The notes under the pieces are model-generated. The model was not told where the DNA came from and ran no database searches. It was given only the letters and a program-made list of their open reading frames with translations. From positions 87,606,001-87,670,000 of the forward strand of contig NC_088797.1 of the NCBI RefSeq assembly GCF_011386835.1: DNA of 64,000 nucleotides, read 5' to 3'. The DNA comes from Chrysemys picta bellii (Eukaryota). Made by a program: the position numbers and the translations under genes. Shown in pieces: positions 25,029 to 38,964 of this stretch. Every line of letters begins with the position of its first letter. The first letter of the stretch is position 1.

Positions 25029-27409
25029 TAAGAAATGGAGTCTAATGACACAAGTTACAGACATTCTGCTTTTGATTTTGGTGCCTGGTGCCACTTTGTT
25101 TTCTGTGTGGCCTGTGTTGGGCTGTTACTGTGATGTCCCAGTTAATACTGTCACCACTCTAGCTTCACTGGATCACAGAGTTTCCCTGTTGCTGGCTTCT
25201 TTTCCCTTCTGTCTGTAATAATAGCAGTCTGTAATAAAAGCCTAATGCTTTCTACAGCTTCACAGTGCATTACTGAGCCTATGTTTCAAATTGGCAGACT
25301 TTAACACAGTGGTAGCATGCAAAACAGATGAATGTCAATACATATTCATGCCATGGGCTAATAATGCAGCAGCAGAAACACAAGAAAGATCAACATTCCA
25401 TCTAGTTTTGTGTTCTCTCCTTGACAGGAACATCTACTGAATGCTGCAGAAAAAGGTGAAAATGCCCAAATGTGTAGCTGTGTGGTGTGTTTGTGTTGAG
25501 TTGGTGGGGAAATTTCTTCCTCATTGCAGCTGATGATCAGCTCATGCACTGAAGCATAAAGATTGGTAGCTGATGTAAATCTTATCCTAGCTTGTATAAC
25601 TGCAGGTAAAGCAGTGGAGCGTATCCACAATTTGTGCAATTTTTGGTCCAATTGATATAGCGTGAGGACATGAAGGAACTTAGCTCGTTGGAACATAATA
25701 CGATTTTAGGAACAGGAAAAAATATTTTGTCCTAACAAGTCTGCTACATTTTATGTAACTTTCAGCCCACATTCTTGCAGTAAAAGTCTAGATTCTAAAT
25801 CCTAAATTCATGCCTAGTCTTTGCTGTGATGGCCTCCTATGACAATTTTTGCTATATGTTTAGTACTCACTTAGTGAAAATTTTCTGCTTGAGAATCCTA
25901 TTTTCTCTCAATCATTAAAAAGTTAGTAAAGATAATTTACTCTTAAACACCTTGTTCAGAGTCTGGAGGGCCTCCCACTAGATCACTTCCAAATCTCTGC
26001 CTACTGGAGGCCTTTTATTTCCAGATTTCAGTGTCTTACTGTTTTTCCAATAGGCACCATGAACTTCTTTCTCAGCCAGGTATGCACATATTGGGACTGT
26101 TTGGTGAAGGTAAGTATGACTGAATACACACCTCATGCCACATTCTCTTAATGGAATATATACTTCTCTACAGTGGCAGCTGTCCAGGGTAGAATGTGCT
26201 TCATCTGTTTAAATATCTGCCTTCCTATTTATATGCAATGTGTATATGCAATAATAATTCCAGAGAAAATGCATTACACTTTGCATCCTTAGGGTTTTTA
26301 AATTAGCAGGAAAAGTTCCGAGCCTCAAGAAGTACATTTTGCCCCCATAGAATTGAAGTACTGATTACGCCACTGCTCCCAGAAGAGAAAATTAACAACA
26401 GAATGAAAAACAAATCTCATTAGGTATTCAAGTAGCCTAGTCCTTTCTCAAGATTATCTGTCTTACAGGAGGCATATGTGGTTTGGCTGTGAGTCTGTCT
26501 GTTTAGATCTATGAGTACTTAGCTTCAGATGTACAGTGCTGGAACTTGCTTCTACCACTTTGACACACCCAAGCTGATCTTACTTGCCTCTCACATTGAA
26601 AGCTTCAAGATGTAACTATGGAGAGCAATGGAGAATAAGATTAGTAAGGTAAAGAGCAAGGGGGGTTATTTGACAGCCCCGTTTGGGGTGGAGGAAGAGG
26701 GGAAATTGAACACTGGGAGAAGGGGGGGGGAGGCTTGGCTGCTGTCACCAAAAGTGTAACCTAGCAACCTGAACACAATCAGGCACAAAGTAAACAGACT
26801 TTTTAACAGAAGTGAGGTAACTTTGCACGTCTCCCTCCAGACCGTGGGAGCAAAGGGGACTCATTCCCCAAGCTATGGTAGCAGTGTAAATGGTAAGTAG
26901 GTCCTTTATATATATTTAATAACAGGCACATTTCTGGCTTTTACTGCTTTTCTTTGTTCAAATATCACAGTCCCAACTTTCCCTTTGAAACAGCAGCCCT
27001 CTGAAATGTAGGAAGCTGGGGAGAGGGAGCTTCTAGCAAGTAGCCCTGATTTATGCAAATATGTACAAACAAGCTATGGTCCCGGGCCACCTGTGTGTGA
27101 AAAGAAAGGTACTCTTGCACATAAAATGGCTGGGATGGGCAGGTAGGTAGCTTCATAATTCCCAAAGTCTAAGACTTAGTGCTGCTGCTTTTATAGCCCT
27201 CATGTTTGAGTGTCCACGCCCCCACGTTACCTTGGTTATTACTGTTTGTGTTTTTCTTATCTCATACCTGAGCCTATGAGGTATTCAGGACTCTCAACTC
27301 CCATTGGTTTCAGAAGGAGTTGAGAGTGCTCAGCATTTTGCAAGGTCAGGCTAGTTTTGTTTCTTGGCTCTGACTATTTACATGATTAGCAGAGTCTCTG
27401 CTGGCATTA

Positions 27410-27700
27410 TTTTATGTATTTATTTGCATTACCATTGATCTTGGTTGGGGTCTCCAGGTACAGAGCCCCATTGTGCTAGTCGCTGTACATAAATGTAGAA
27501 TGAACCAGTCCCTGCTCTGAATAGCTTACAATCTATGTAAATAGATAAGATAATGGTACTTATCTTCTCCCATCATTTGTTTATCTTCATTTTACAGTGG
27601 AGGAATTGAAGCATAGAGAGATTAAGTGTCTTGCCCCAGGTCACACAAGAGATCTGTGGAACAGTTAGGATTTGAATCTAGCTCTGCTAAATTGCAGTCT
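27410..27700 (-). mobile_element. MIR-like SINE with L2-type tail
   Basis: gcttacaatcta tail and the core attaagtgtcttgccccaggtcacaca. Confidence 0.6.
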
Positions 27701-27778
27701 ACCTTCTGGGCATACTACTGTTAGGAAGGTTTCATCTGAATTAAAATACATTTTTAGGGAGTTTTCAAAGAGCTATAG

Positions 27779-28112
27779 CAGTGGTTCCCAAACTTGTTCC
27801 GCCGCTTGTGCAGGGAAAGCCCCTGGCGGGCCGAGCCAGTTTGTTTACCTGCCGCGTCCACAGGTTTGGCTGATTGCGTCTCCCAGTGGCCACGGTTCGC
27901 TGCTCCAGGCCAACGGGAGCTGCTGGAAGCGGCGGCCAGTACGTCCCTCTGCCTGCGCTGCTTCCAGCAGCTCCCATTGGCCCTGGAGCAGCGAACCGCG
28001 GCCACTGGGAGCTGCGATCGGCCAAACCTGCGGACGCGGCAGGTAAACAAACCAGCCTGGCCCGCCAGGGGCTTTCCCTGCACAAGCGGCGGAACAAGTT
28101 TGGGAACCACTG
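27779..28112. mobile_element. Fold-back hAT MITE
   Basis: TIRs cagtggttcccaaact / agtttgggaaccactg extend into a near-whole-element palindrome. TSD AGCTATAG / AGTTATAG. Confidence 0.92.
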
Positions 28113-30536
28113 AGTTATAGAAATGAGGGGTGAAAAGATTGATTAGGTCATCTAATTAAAGTACAAAATATACCAATCCTGTACACCTCAGCTGGGAAAC
28201 CAACTATATGTATACAGCTCACAATTTTGATTCATATGGTAGATGGATCACAACAGTGAAACTGCCACAAGTCTGTTTCACAAGGGGAAGAACCAGCCCC
28301 AAGTTACTGGGGAGATGATTATTTTCAGAGGATTTATTTAAATGAACTTTAATTAAATAACTCACAGTGACTTGTTAAGGTGTCATCTGTCTGATGACTG
28401 GTGAGGGCTGGCTGGACTTCTTACGGGCCCCTGTTTACATGTGACTGCATTGCTGGGGTGCTGCTGAATATGAGGTGGGTATCATAATCTCCTCCTAGAC
28501 CTGGTCACTGAGATCCACACTACAGGTTTGCAAAATACTTCTTTAAACTTCCTTTGCTTGCTGCCCAGCTGCCTCTTCAGCACCAGGCATTCTTTAGAAT
28601 TAGCGTGGGGGTGGCCAGGTGGGTGGTTTGGCCTAGGTGGGGCATGGACAAAATAGCTTTCAAACAGATACTCAGGCACTGATCTTTAAAAAGCTGTAGT
28701 TTCTAAGCTCCTAGCTAAAGAAATGCTCAAGCAAACACAGATAAACTGTATGTCAATGATTTCCCCAGTGGGCTCCACTTTAGTTACATTTGAATTGGTG
28801 AATTATGAAACAGAGGGTAGAGGGAAATGATAGCGCCTAAAGCTTCTTCCTGTGGTTTGTTCTGCTCTTTGTTAGCACGGGTGGAGTGTTTGAAACAAAC
28901 CTATGTCCATGGGTACTGAGCAATGACTCCCACTAATCCATGCTAAGCACCAACCCACACCCAGGGCCTGTTGTGTGATTTAGGGATTCATTGTGCAGTC
29001 ACAAGGTGACCAGTGTCATGTGGGTGTTTTTCACTGCCCGTTGCTTCCTGAGGGAACCCATTAAAGCCCTGAGGGAGTACCTCTTTGTTTCTATTTGTAA
29101 ATGCTACTTCAGGAAGCACCTGCCAAAACAGCGTGGTTTAATAATATTCCCCCCTTGCAGAATGCTTTATAAACATTCACTAATCCTCACAACACCCCTG
29201 TGAGGTAGATATTGTTAGCCCCATTTTACAGGTGAGGAAACAGACACAAAGAGAGGTCAATGGTTTGAGTGTTGTGAGAGCTCAACACCTCTCAAACCAT
29301 GGTATAAGTGAGTTTAGGACCTGAATGTACCTTAAATTATAGCAATTGTGTGAAGAAAGTTTCTGTCTCCCCACACAATAGATGGAGAGTTTCTCCATAG
29401 GTGTATATAGTACATGTACATAGAATCCATGTGTCTGAATTCCCACCTGAACTGTGCAGCTACGGATGCTGGAATAATCACCAACTTTTCTGTATTGTCA
29501 TAGAATCACTAAAATGGCAACAGAGATAAAGAACTTGGAACCTGTTCTTCAGCAGCTGGAGTAAGTACCCAAGTGCCATTCCCTACATTTGGAAGAAACA
29601 CCTAAGCAGCAATGCCATGAGTGAGCAGGTGGGAAAGCAGCAGCTTGTACCCCTGCAAACAGTAACTGAGCTGATGGGGCTTCTGACTTAAAAATGGTCA
29701 TATGGGGTGGTGATAGGTGTTTCATTGCTGACAGAGGGAAGCCTGCTGGGCCCATCTCCATCAGGCAGACAAAAGAAACATTCTGCTTGGAGTTTGAGTG
29801 TTAGCTTTCTAGCTAATAAACCTGCACACACCAGGTTTCCTGTGCAGTGACATAAGCAGAGTTCAAGTTACATTGTGCGGTAACAACACTGAGTGACATA
29901 CCATTAAAAAGTCTGGTTTTGGTTTTCATTTTGAAACCATGGGTGAATAACTACAGAGGCAGCATCCATTCCCAGAACTAAACCTGGGTGAATTGTTCAT
30001 AACAAATAATTCACAATGAATTTCACCATGTTTCCTGTTCCCACTTTGTTTGCAAAAAGAGAACATTTTTCTGAACTATATTTGCGGTATGAAATTATTC
30101 ACTAATTTCTGCTGATAATCCTTGGTCTGTGGCTTGTTTATGAGCAGTTTGTTGGGGATGTTCAGTGCTTTCAGAGTGAGCTGTTTTATTTGGATGTCCA
30201 GGGCTAGAGTCTCTATATTTGAGCTGGCCCTTTTACACTGTCCTTGGGACAAAGGAGGCATAACAGGATTCCCCTTTTGTAGGTGAATTCCAGGCTGGTA
30301 TAGAAGCCGAATAGCCAGTTGTATGCCATCTCTTCATGCCCTGCTCCAAAGATAGGGGGCACGTCAGGGAGAAAAGGCATGTTGGAGTAATTCTCAGACA
30401 GCAGAACAGCCATCTAAGGGGCTATTATAGCTGGGGAAGGTTACAGCAACCTGAGGCTGTTCTTATACTTACAGGAGGGGATGAACTGTCCCCTGGCTGC
30501 CCCCAGCCTCAGTAGGGTGCAAAGGTGGCTCTAAAC

Positions 30537-31409
30537 CAGGGGTGGGCAAACTTTTAGGGCTGAGGGCCACATCTGGGTGGGGAAATTGTATGCAGGGCTG
30601 GGGCAGGTGGTTGGGGTGTGGGAGGGAGTGCAGAATGTGGGAGGGGATGCGGTGTGGAGGAAGGGGCTCAGGGCAAGGGATTGGGGCAGAGGAGGGGTGC
30701 GGGGTCTATGAGGGGCCTCAGGGAAGGGGGTTAGGATGCAGGAAGAGTGCAGAATGCAGGGGGGCTCAGGGCAGGGGTGCAGGAGGGATGCGGACTGCGG
30801 GAGGGGGTGCATAGGGGTGCAGGGTGCAGCAGGGAGCTCAGGGCAGGGGGTTAGGTGCGCAGGGGTGTGGGGCCTATGAGGGGGCTTAGGGCATGGAGTT
30901 GGGGTGCAGGAGAGTGCGAGGTGCAGGCAGAGGGCTTAGGGCAGGGGGTGGGGGGCGGCATGCAGGCAGGGTTCGGGCTCCGGCCCGGCACCGCTTACCT
31001 AAAGCGGCTCCAGGGTGGCAGCGGCGCACACCAGGGCCAGGGCAGGCTCCCTGCATTCCTGCCCTGTCCTCGGCCCCGCGCCACTCCAGGAAGCGCTGCG
31101 GCCCCTGGGGGAGGGGGGAAGGAGGGCTTCTCATGCGCTGCCCTTGCCGCGCCTCCAGGTACCGCCCCCGAAGCTCCCACTGGCTGCAGTTCCGCGCTCC
31201 CAGCCAATGGGAGCTGCGGGGGGCAGTGCCTGGAGGCGAGGACAATGCACGGAGCCCTCTCCCCCCCACCCCGGGGGCCGCAGGGAGTGGTGCCGGCCGC
31301 TTCTGAGAGCGGCACGGGGCCCACGGTGCCAGGGTGGGCAATCCCGCGGGCTGGATCCAAAGCCCTGAGGGGCCACATCCGGCTGCTGGCTGTAGTTTGC
31401 CCATTCCTG
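30537..31409. mobile_element. Non-autonomous hAT element (GC-rich)
   Basis: TIRs caggggtgggcaaact / agtttgcccattcctg. Perfect TSD CTCTAAAC. Confidence 0.92.
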
Positions 31410-32331
31410 CTCTAAACCACCTTTTTCCCAACACCCCAAGTCTTGCCCATAGTACACAGAGTATGTTTCTGTTCCCTGATTGGATGAGCACAATGCTTAG
31501 AATCAGGTTTCTGGTGCTAATACTTATGGTAATGAATTCAAATTCACTTTCTACAAGAGTTGCCTGAAAACATGCCATTTCTACAAACATGGCTGTCAAT
31601 CAACTTGTATTCATGTGTAAAGTAAACACAGAAGGGCTCAATGAATATTCAGGCAAAATTCAGCATTCACTCAGCTCTACTCAGCAGTTAATAGCCCCTG
31701 TTTGAAATACTGCCTGGGCCTGCAAATCACTTCCAAAGAAACCTTCCCTGCTCATCATTCTTCTGCTGCAACAGAGAGCATTTTGAAAACTTTGTTCCTG
31801 CCAAAGCATAGAGCACTCTGACACTCAGTGGGCTGCCATCGGGAAGTATGTGGGGAGTCCTAAAATGGTCTTTTTTTGTAGCACTTCAAAAGGATCAGAG
31901 CTGAGTTAAGATGATCATGGGGGAAAATCAGAACCCACATATTCCTGGGTCTCCTCTGCTTCTGATCTAGGAAACAGAACACTGAGCCAGACACTCCAGT
32001 AAAATACGATGATGTTTTTTTCTAGCTAAGAAATGCAGTGAAGCATGAGCATGATGCTGCAAATGGCTCCTGCTCCTCATATTAGCGTTGATGCTGATAA
32101 TGCTGGGAGTCATCTGATGAAACGCCAGCTAACGATCCTCTGAGTGGAGGAGTTTTTGTCAGTCTTGAGAATGTGTTCTCAGTGCTTTGGTAAAGTTGAA
32201 CTTCTAACCTGGCCTGTCTCAGCAGATGACAGATTAGGAAGCCATGACTCTGAGTCACCCATCAAAGCTGCCAGCTGGGGCAGTTCTCAGTTGTTTTCAT
32301 GGGGGTTTCCTCAGAAGGCTCCTTTTTCTGC

Positions 32332-32387
32332 ATGTCAGCAGAAACCCAGGAGTCTGTGTGGGCTTGTTTCTCAGCTTCCATACTCAG
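32332..32387 (+). CDS. TBATA: TBATA probable first coding exon (MSAETQESVWACFSASIL)
   Basis: ATG at 32332 and a strong donor CAG|GTGAGC. Phase 2 matches the acceptor at 32871. Kozak context is weak; the alternative start is ATG 32899. Confidence 0.45.
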
Positions 32388-32870
32388 GTGAGCTCTTGCT
32401 GGCCTGCAGGTAACAACAAAGTGTTCCCATAAATACAGAACGGACCTGTTCAACACACAGCAAACTTTCCTATCAGCTTCTCTTCACTCAGGTATTTCAT
32501 TCAAGCTGTTTTTCCTCAGTAAATTTGTCTAGAGCATTAAGAGCATTTCAGGTGGGTACAAAATTCAGATCCAAGATTTCCCTTTCTGTAAATGAAACAT
32601 TCTAACAAAGTCTGCTCCAATGTCAATAAGGGAGAGGATTCCCGCAGTTTGCTGCAATCCCTTGGGATGTGGAGGAAAAGAATAGGTGATGGTGGATCTC
32701 TCTGCCTGGTCACAATGGACTTGGGGTGAAATCCCTGAGAGGAAGATAACCTGCACTTGGAATGGACTCTTATTCTGCCTTTCATGAACTGGACTTGTAC
32801 CTAAGATATAGACATTTTCATAAAATGTGATTGCATGCTGATAAGTGGTTTTCTTCTCTTTTTCTCCAAG

Positions 32871-33118
32871 AACCAAGTGTATATCTGCTAAGGAGAAGAT
32901 GGAGATGCTAAGGAGCCCAGTTGCTGGCCCATTCAAAGGAAAAGACATCACAGCATTAGCAGGGAAACTCAAACACGTGGCCCTGAACACGCCACTGCGG
33001 TTTAGTATGGAGGCCATGAGACCCCAGTCAAAGAACAACTCTCGCTTTGGCAACCTCAGCCACCATTCCTTCTTCTCACGGCACAACCCCCATCCTCACC
33101 GAGTGACCCACATCCAAG
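32871..33118 (+). CDS. TBATA: TBATA coding exon (..RFGNLSHHSFFSRHNPHPHRVTHIQ)
   Basis: Matches the human TBATA motif FGRLSHHSFFSRHHPHPQHVTHIQ (recalled). Polypyrimidine tract plus AG acceptor; G|GTATGG donor. Confidence 0.9.
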
Positions 33119-33800
33119 GTATGGCCTTAGGATGGGGGGCAGGAAACAGGAATTGAAGGCATTAATGATGTGGCCTTTCTTTGTTGAGGAGCAGAGGTCA
33201 GATGGGATGGGAGGAAACAGAAAAATCCATGTAATGCTTCAGCACAGGCCTGATTGTAGAGCACAGTGGGATATGAGGAAAGTAGTAGAACTCTGACTGC
33301 ATAATGTTTCTAGATTAAGTGTTGCCCTGGTGATTCTTCTGAGCAGCAGTGATGATCTGAGACTCCTTAGGTTAATCCCATGCATGTCTTTGCTCCATCC
33401 CAGGACCTAGTTCAGAAAATCAGCTACTGCATCATCTGGATAAAATAATCCCAGCTGTGTATTTGCAGTTTAAGAATTTATCCCATGCTTGGCTTCCTGT
33501 TTAAAGTTGATAGAGGCGGTAGTGTAATTCATCCAAATTGTATATTCCCTGACTAAATAGAGATCTATAAACAGAGGTGCTTCAGGAATCCATTCAGTAT
33601 TATTGGGGCAGGGGAGGAAAATTGATCTATGTATGCCACAGCAGAACTCATGCACCTACAGATTTATTATTCAGGCAGAAAGTAACTGTAAATGCTGTGT
33701 GTGTTATGCAAGGTGAAAGACACCTTGTGTGCTATTTTCTTGTGTGCTTCTTCCATTGAGTTACTCACTGATATTTGCCTCTTTTCATTTTCTTTTGTAG

Positions 33801-33971
33801 GCTTAAATGGCGTCCCCATCTGTATGGTTAATGACGGGTGGTCTGTGCTGACCCCTCTGTCACCTCATCCAATGATAAAAGGCCAGCTTTCTACTACCAT
33901 ATTGGGAGTACCAGGGGCTCAGATGCCAATTGGAGATCCACATAGTAATCTGGTCCCCAGGTTAACTGTAG
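33801..33971 (+). CDS. TBATA: TBATA coding exon (GLNGVPICMVND...MPIGDPHSN)
   Basis: Phase 1 to phase 1 with AG/GT boundaries. PIGDP.SN motif as in TBATA. Confidence 0.9.
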
Positions 33972-34554
33972 GTTAGTGTGCTGCTCACACACTCAAGTGC
34001 AGTAGACTGCTTGATCGGGATGCCCTGTTAGATGGCCTTTTGTCCAATTAAGTGGAATTCCTTAATTAACAGAATTAATCATGCTGTACCTGAAATGGTT
34101 CTCAAATGACTTCACTTGTTTTGACTTGCTACAGGACTGGAGGTAGCTCAGGTTTTACTTTGACAAAAGACTCAGCCGGATTATTTTTCCTGCCCCTTTG
34201 AGCTGAAGTGGTTTTGAACCAGAGGAACATAATGCCAGGTTTCAGAGACATCATGTATTGCCACACAGCATTGGTGGAAAAACAGCTTTGCCCTGGCAGA
34301 AGTCTTCCTGTTGCATACAAAAGCACCATCAGCGTCTCATTTTTACAAGGGCCAGATAGCCCTATTTGAGAACCACTTAATCGCTTGCACGTATCCCAAG
34401 CAAGTGGAATTACCATGGCAATTAAGTGATGGACCATGCCATTAAATATCATCATCAGGTTTAAATTGGTTCCTTGCAAACAACCTAATTAACAGTATCT
34501 CAAATAAATGGAGTGAGTAATTATTTCCTAATCCTAAAGCCTCTTAGGTTAGAG

Positions 34555-34952
34555 CAGTGGTTCTCAACCAGGGGTACGCATAGCACTGGGGGTACTCAGA
34601 GGTCTTCCTCATCTAGATATTTGCCTAGTTTTACAATAGGCAACATAAAAAGCACTAGCAAAGTCAGTACAAACTAAAATTTCATATTGACAGTGACTTG
34701 TTTATACTGCTCTATGTTCTATACACTGAAATGTAAGTACAATATTTATATTCCAATTGATTTATTTTATAATTATATCGTAAAAACGAGAAAGTCAGCA
34801 ATTTTTCAGTAATGGTGTGCTGTGACACTTTTGTATTTTTATGTCTGATTTTCTAAGCAAGTAGTTTTTAAGTGAGGTGAAACTTGGTGGTACACAAGAC
34901 AAATCAGACTCCTGAAAGGGGTACAGTAGGCTGGAAAGGTTGAGAGCCACTG
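34555..34952 (-). mobile_element. hAT (Charlie-like) non-autonomous element in a TBATA intron
   Basis: TIRs cagtggttctcaacc / ggttgagagccactg. Perfect TSD GGTTAGAG. Confidence 0.92.
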
Positions 34953-35763
34953 GGTTAGAGGTGCCTGCTTGTCCTTTCCCATCTTTCAGAGATATCACTG
35001 TGAGCAGAGTGCCCCTTTGTTCTGGACTCCTCCCCATTCTCCAGCAGCTTTATTTTTGGCAATATGAAGCCATGGGTTCTCCCTTCACCTGGAAGGCATC
35101 AGACCTCAGACACGCACAATGCTTTGGTGTTGCACCAACCGCCTGATACAACAGAATCCAAGGAGGGGGCAGTGTGTCTGATTCTGAACTGCCCATCTTG
35201 AGCAATAGGCTGTGGAGCACAGGGCTCTCACCATGATTTTAGTGGTCTCGTTTTTAGCCTTCTGTACCCCCGCAGCCCTGATCCTCCCTGCAGAGCCCAG
35301 AGCCCAAACAGGAGGTTTTAACAGTGGAAAAGATCAGAGATTTGAGAGATTCTCCCCTCTTCCTTCCCCTCCTCATCCTCTCATCCAGCTCTGCAACAAC
35401 CCTCCCTCCTGTATGAGCCTCTATCTCCTTCCTGTATTATACTATGACGTTTGCACGTGCATGTTTGTGTTACTTCTAGGGCTATTCATGGTGTGAAATA
35501 TGGGAACCTTCCTTTCCACTCACTCTCATACAAAGAGTATCACTGCTCAAGATACACTACATCCCATAATACATTGTAATGTATCCAGTGGTTGTAGCTA
35601 CCATTTATTTGCATCTATTTCCATCCAAGCTCTGCAGGGGAACTGTTGGCCTCAGGATGAGACCATGCAAATTCCTTTCCACAGTGAAAATAGGAAGTCA
35701 TGGATGCCTAAGGGGAGGAATTCAAGGTGTGGTCTATGTTCAGATATATGCAGGGTTTATAAG

Positions 35764-35939
35764 CAGGGCTGCCGAGAGTGGGTTCAGGCCCCGGTGAAAA
35801 AAATTTTTCGGGCCCCCCAGTAAGGGCGGACCGGCTAAACAGGGCCGACGAGAGGGGGAGGAAGCCGGGCCCCAGGCCCCCTTCCGGACCGCTGGGCCCC
35901 GGTAATTTGTACTGGCTTCCCCCCCTCCCATCAGCCTTG
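35764..35939. mobile_element. Short GC-rich hAT-like MITE
   Basis: cagggctgccga ... catcagccttg imperfect termini; TSD not matched. Confidence 0.45.
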
Positions 35940-35996
35940 AGGAACTAAGTGGTGCTACTGTACTGAGCTTTCTCACATGTCTCCTATCTCTCACAG

Positions 35997-36088
35997 GCTC
36001 GTTGTCAGATGCATGGAGAGAAGAACTGAGGGAACTCGCTGCCAGAGTTAGTGCTTCCTCCTCCACTGAAATGGAGCACAAGGAAGTG
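35997..36088 (+). CDS. TBATA: TBATA coding exon (SLSDAWREELRELAARV..)
   Basis: Matches human EAWKKELKELASRV (recalled). Acceptor cacag, donor GTGAGT. Confidence 0.92.
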
Positions 36089-37445
36089 GTGAGTTTTTCA
36101 TACTGTGAGCATGACACTTACGGCTGCTTTGCTATTGAGTGTCATCTAACCAACACCTGGAATAACATAAAGAAATGGAAGGGAGGGAGCAGAAAAAGAG
36201 AGTTTTTCATGAGGCTGCTGTATCACTACTGTAAGTCATGTGGCCCATGTCTGTTAGTGACAGCATCAAGACTTGAAGGGTCATGTGGAAATCTATTTTG
36301 TAAAGATAATTTAAAGCTACTTATTCCTAATCTAAACAAGGCAAAATGTGCAATGGAATGTGACCCATGCCCAGATCTGGAGATCCCCAAATTTTGAAGG
36401 TTGACCAAAATCTGAACCCAGATCCAAATTTTGCAGATGATTTCTTTGCTTTTATAATGTGCTGGATCATGACTTCTGGATCTCTACTATCCCATTCTCT
36501 ATGGTGTTTAATATCTGGAGCCAAAATTTGTAGTTTGAGTCTTTAACAACTACACAGAAGGGACCACACCAAAAGGAGAAGTGGGTCAACACTAGTTTTT
36601 CACCTCTTGACACATAGGCTCAAATCTATTTTAGGGTACAGATGAAATTGGTTTCAAACTCTTGTAAAAGCACATCACAAAACAATCGCACAACGGCACA
36701 ACTGTTAATCTCCAGTGGAGGGAGGATCAGGACCTACAGGATGTTGCAGGTCAAGATTATGGAGCCATGAAAGATCATGGCTGGACCCAGCAGAGGTGTT
36801 TTAGGTCAGGATCAAAGGACACTGGCAGTGCTGGGGGAGCGGGGGGAGGGCAGAGCTAGAATACCAATGCGTATTACAGATCAGGATTGAGGTGCATATG
36901 TAGCACTGTGTACAGGAAGTTTACACAACCTCTGCATGCACTGTATCCGCTCCAGTGAGTGCTATCAGTCATTCACTTTCAAGAGCACCAGATTCGGCAC
37001 CCTGGATTAGCATTCTTTAATACTGGGACCAGATAATGTCAGTGTTAACTTATAAACGATTATAGCTGCGTAAGGATAGCTATGGGTTTAGATGCAGTGT
37101 TTGGGTTTTGACCATTCAGTTGTCTGTCTCTTCTGACAGCAGTAGGTGGTGCACAAGTTTCAATTTTAAATAAAACATTGTTTGCAAAATCAGTGCACAG
37201 TTCACAGCTGGAGAGAAACACAGCTCCCAGGTGAACTTTTAGTACCACACAGTAGCTTCACTTTAACAGCAGCGGGTGCATTCATATTTTTTTGCAACAG
37301 CCAAGCACCTCTTTAATGAAGATTTCCCCTTTTGTCACAGCCTTTTTACACTCAGTCTTGTATTAAACATTTTATCTCCTGTGCAACCCCTGTCCCACTC
37401 TCAGCCCTCTAATCAGAAAGCATGTGTGCATTTGCATTTTAACAG

Positions 37446-37610
37446 GCAGAAGAGCCCCGGAGAGCAACACAGTACTCAGCAGAAACTGGGCGCCTCATCC
37501 CACCTTCTTCTCGGGCAACAGCCCACCATACATCCCAACAGTTGTGCCGGAATAATGCGAAGAACAAAGGCAAAGATGCTGCCCTGTCTTTCCAGGACCA
37601 AGAGCTGGTA
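37446..37610 (+). CDS. TBATA: TBATA coding exon (AEEPRRATQYSAETGRLIP...FQDQELV)
   Basis: YSAETGRLIP and QDQEL motifs as in human TBATA (recalled). 165 nt, phase 0/0, donor GTAAGT. Confidence 0.93.
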
Positions 37611-38313
37611 GTAAGTAGAACATAATGAGAAAGAGTAGCTACACCTGGAACTTCCTGCTGCTCACTTCCTCTGTGTGACTGTTTTTCCTTTAGGACTGTC
37701 GCAGTGTAGGTACACTCCATCCCGTGTGCCAGGTCAGGTATGGAAAAAAACTGTACAGCACCCCGTTAGGTCCTGTGTTCATGACTCTGACTATAAAACA
37801 TGGTACTACAGCCTAGTGGCTGGAGTCAGTAAAGCAGGGCAGCTTGGCCTAATGGCCAGAATCAATAGAGTAACCCACCTTGGTGGGACTGCATGGCCGA
37901 TTAGCCCGTTGGGGGAGTGGGCGCCATTTTGGGGTGTGTGGCGTGATACCTCTCCAGCATATCATCAAGGATCTACAAACTATCCTGAAGGACGATCCCT
38001 CACTCTCCCAGATCTTGGGAGAGGCCAGTCCTCTCTTACAGATTTGCTTCAGGTTGCCCCAACCTGAAGCAAATACTCACCAGCAACCACACATCACACA
38101 ACAAAAACACTAACCCAGGAACCTATCCTTGCAACAAAGCCCTTTGCCAACTCTGTCCACATATCTATTCAAGGACACCATCATAGGACCTAATCACATC
38201 AGCCACACCATCCGGGGCTCATTCACCTGCACATCTACCAATGTGATATATGCCAGCAATGTCCCCTGCCATGTAAATTGGCCAAACCAGACAGTCTCTA
38301 TGCAAAAGAAAAA

Positions 38314-38520
38314 GGGGGGAGGGATAGCTCAGTGGTTTGAGCATTGGCCTGCTAAACCCAGGGTTGTGAGTTCAATCCTTGCGGGGGCCACTTGGGGATC
38401 AGGGGCAAAATCAGTAGTTGGTCCTGCTCGTGAAGGCAGGGGGCTGGACTCAATGACCTTTCAAGGTCCCTTCCAGTTCTAGGAGATGGGATATCTCCAT
38501 TAATTTATTTATTTATTTAT
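38314..38520 (+). mobile_element. tRNA-derived SINE (tortoise PolIII/SINE type) with CR1-derived 3' end
   Basis: Box A TAGCTCAGTGG (38325-38335), box B GTTCAATCC (38370-38378), CR1-like ggactcaatgacctttcaaggtcccttccagttcta, and a (TTTA)n tail. Confidence 0.92.
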
Positions 38521-38964
38521 AAATGGACACAAATCAGACGTCAAGAATTATAACATTCAAAAACCAATCGGAGAACACTTCAACCTCCTGGACACTCAAT
38601 TACAGACCTAAAAGTTGCAATTCTTCAACAACAAAAACTTCAAAAACAGACTCTAACGAGAAACTGCAGAACTGGAATTAATCTGCAAACTGGACACCAT
38701 TAAATTAGGCTTGCAGAAAGACTGGGAGTGGATGGGTCATTATACAAACTAAAAACTATTTCTCCATGCTAATTTTCCCCCTCCTGTTACTCACACCTTC
38801 TTGTCAACTGTTTGAAATGGGCCACCCTGATTATCACTACAAACGTTTTTTTTTCCTCCTGCTGATAATAGCCCACCTTAACTGATTAGTTAGAGTTGGT
38901 ATGGCAACTCCCATTTTTTCATGTTCTCTGTATATATATCTTCCTACTGTATTTTCCACTGCAT

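Noticed and set aside
30855-31599. Overlapping 117-237 aa ORFs
   Set aside because: They are largely inside a GC-rich hAT MITE bounded by TIRs and a perfect TSD; ORFs on both strands are a composition artefact.
38314-38390. tRNA gene
   Set aside because: Boxes A and B are present, but the sequence continues into a CR1-derived tail with (TTTA)n and interrupts a Penelope element, so it is a SINE head.
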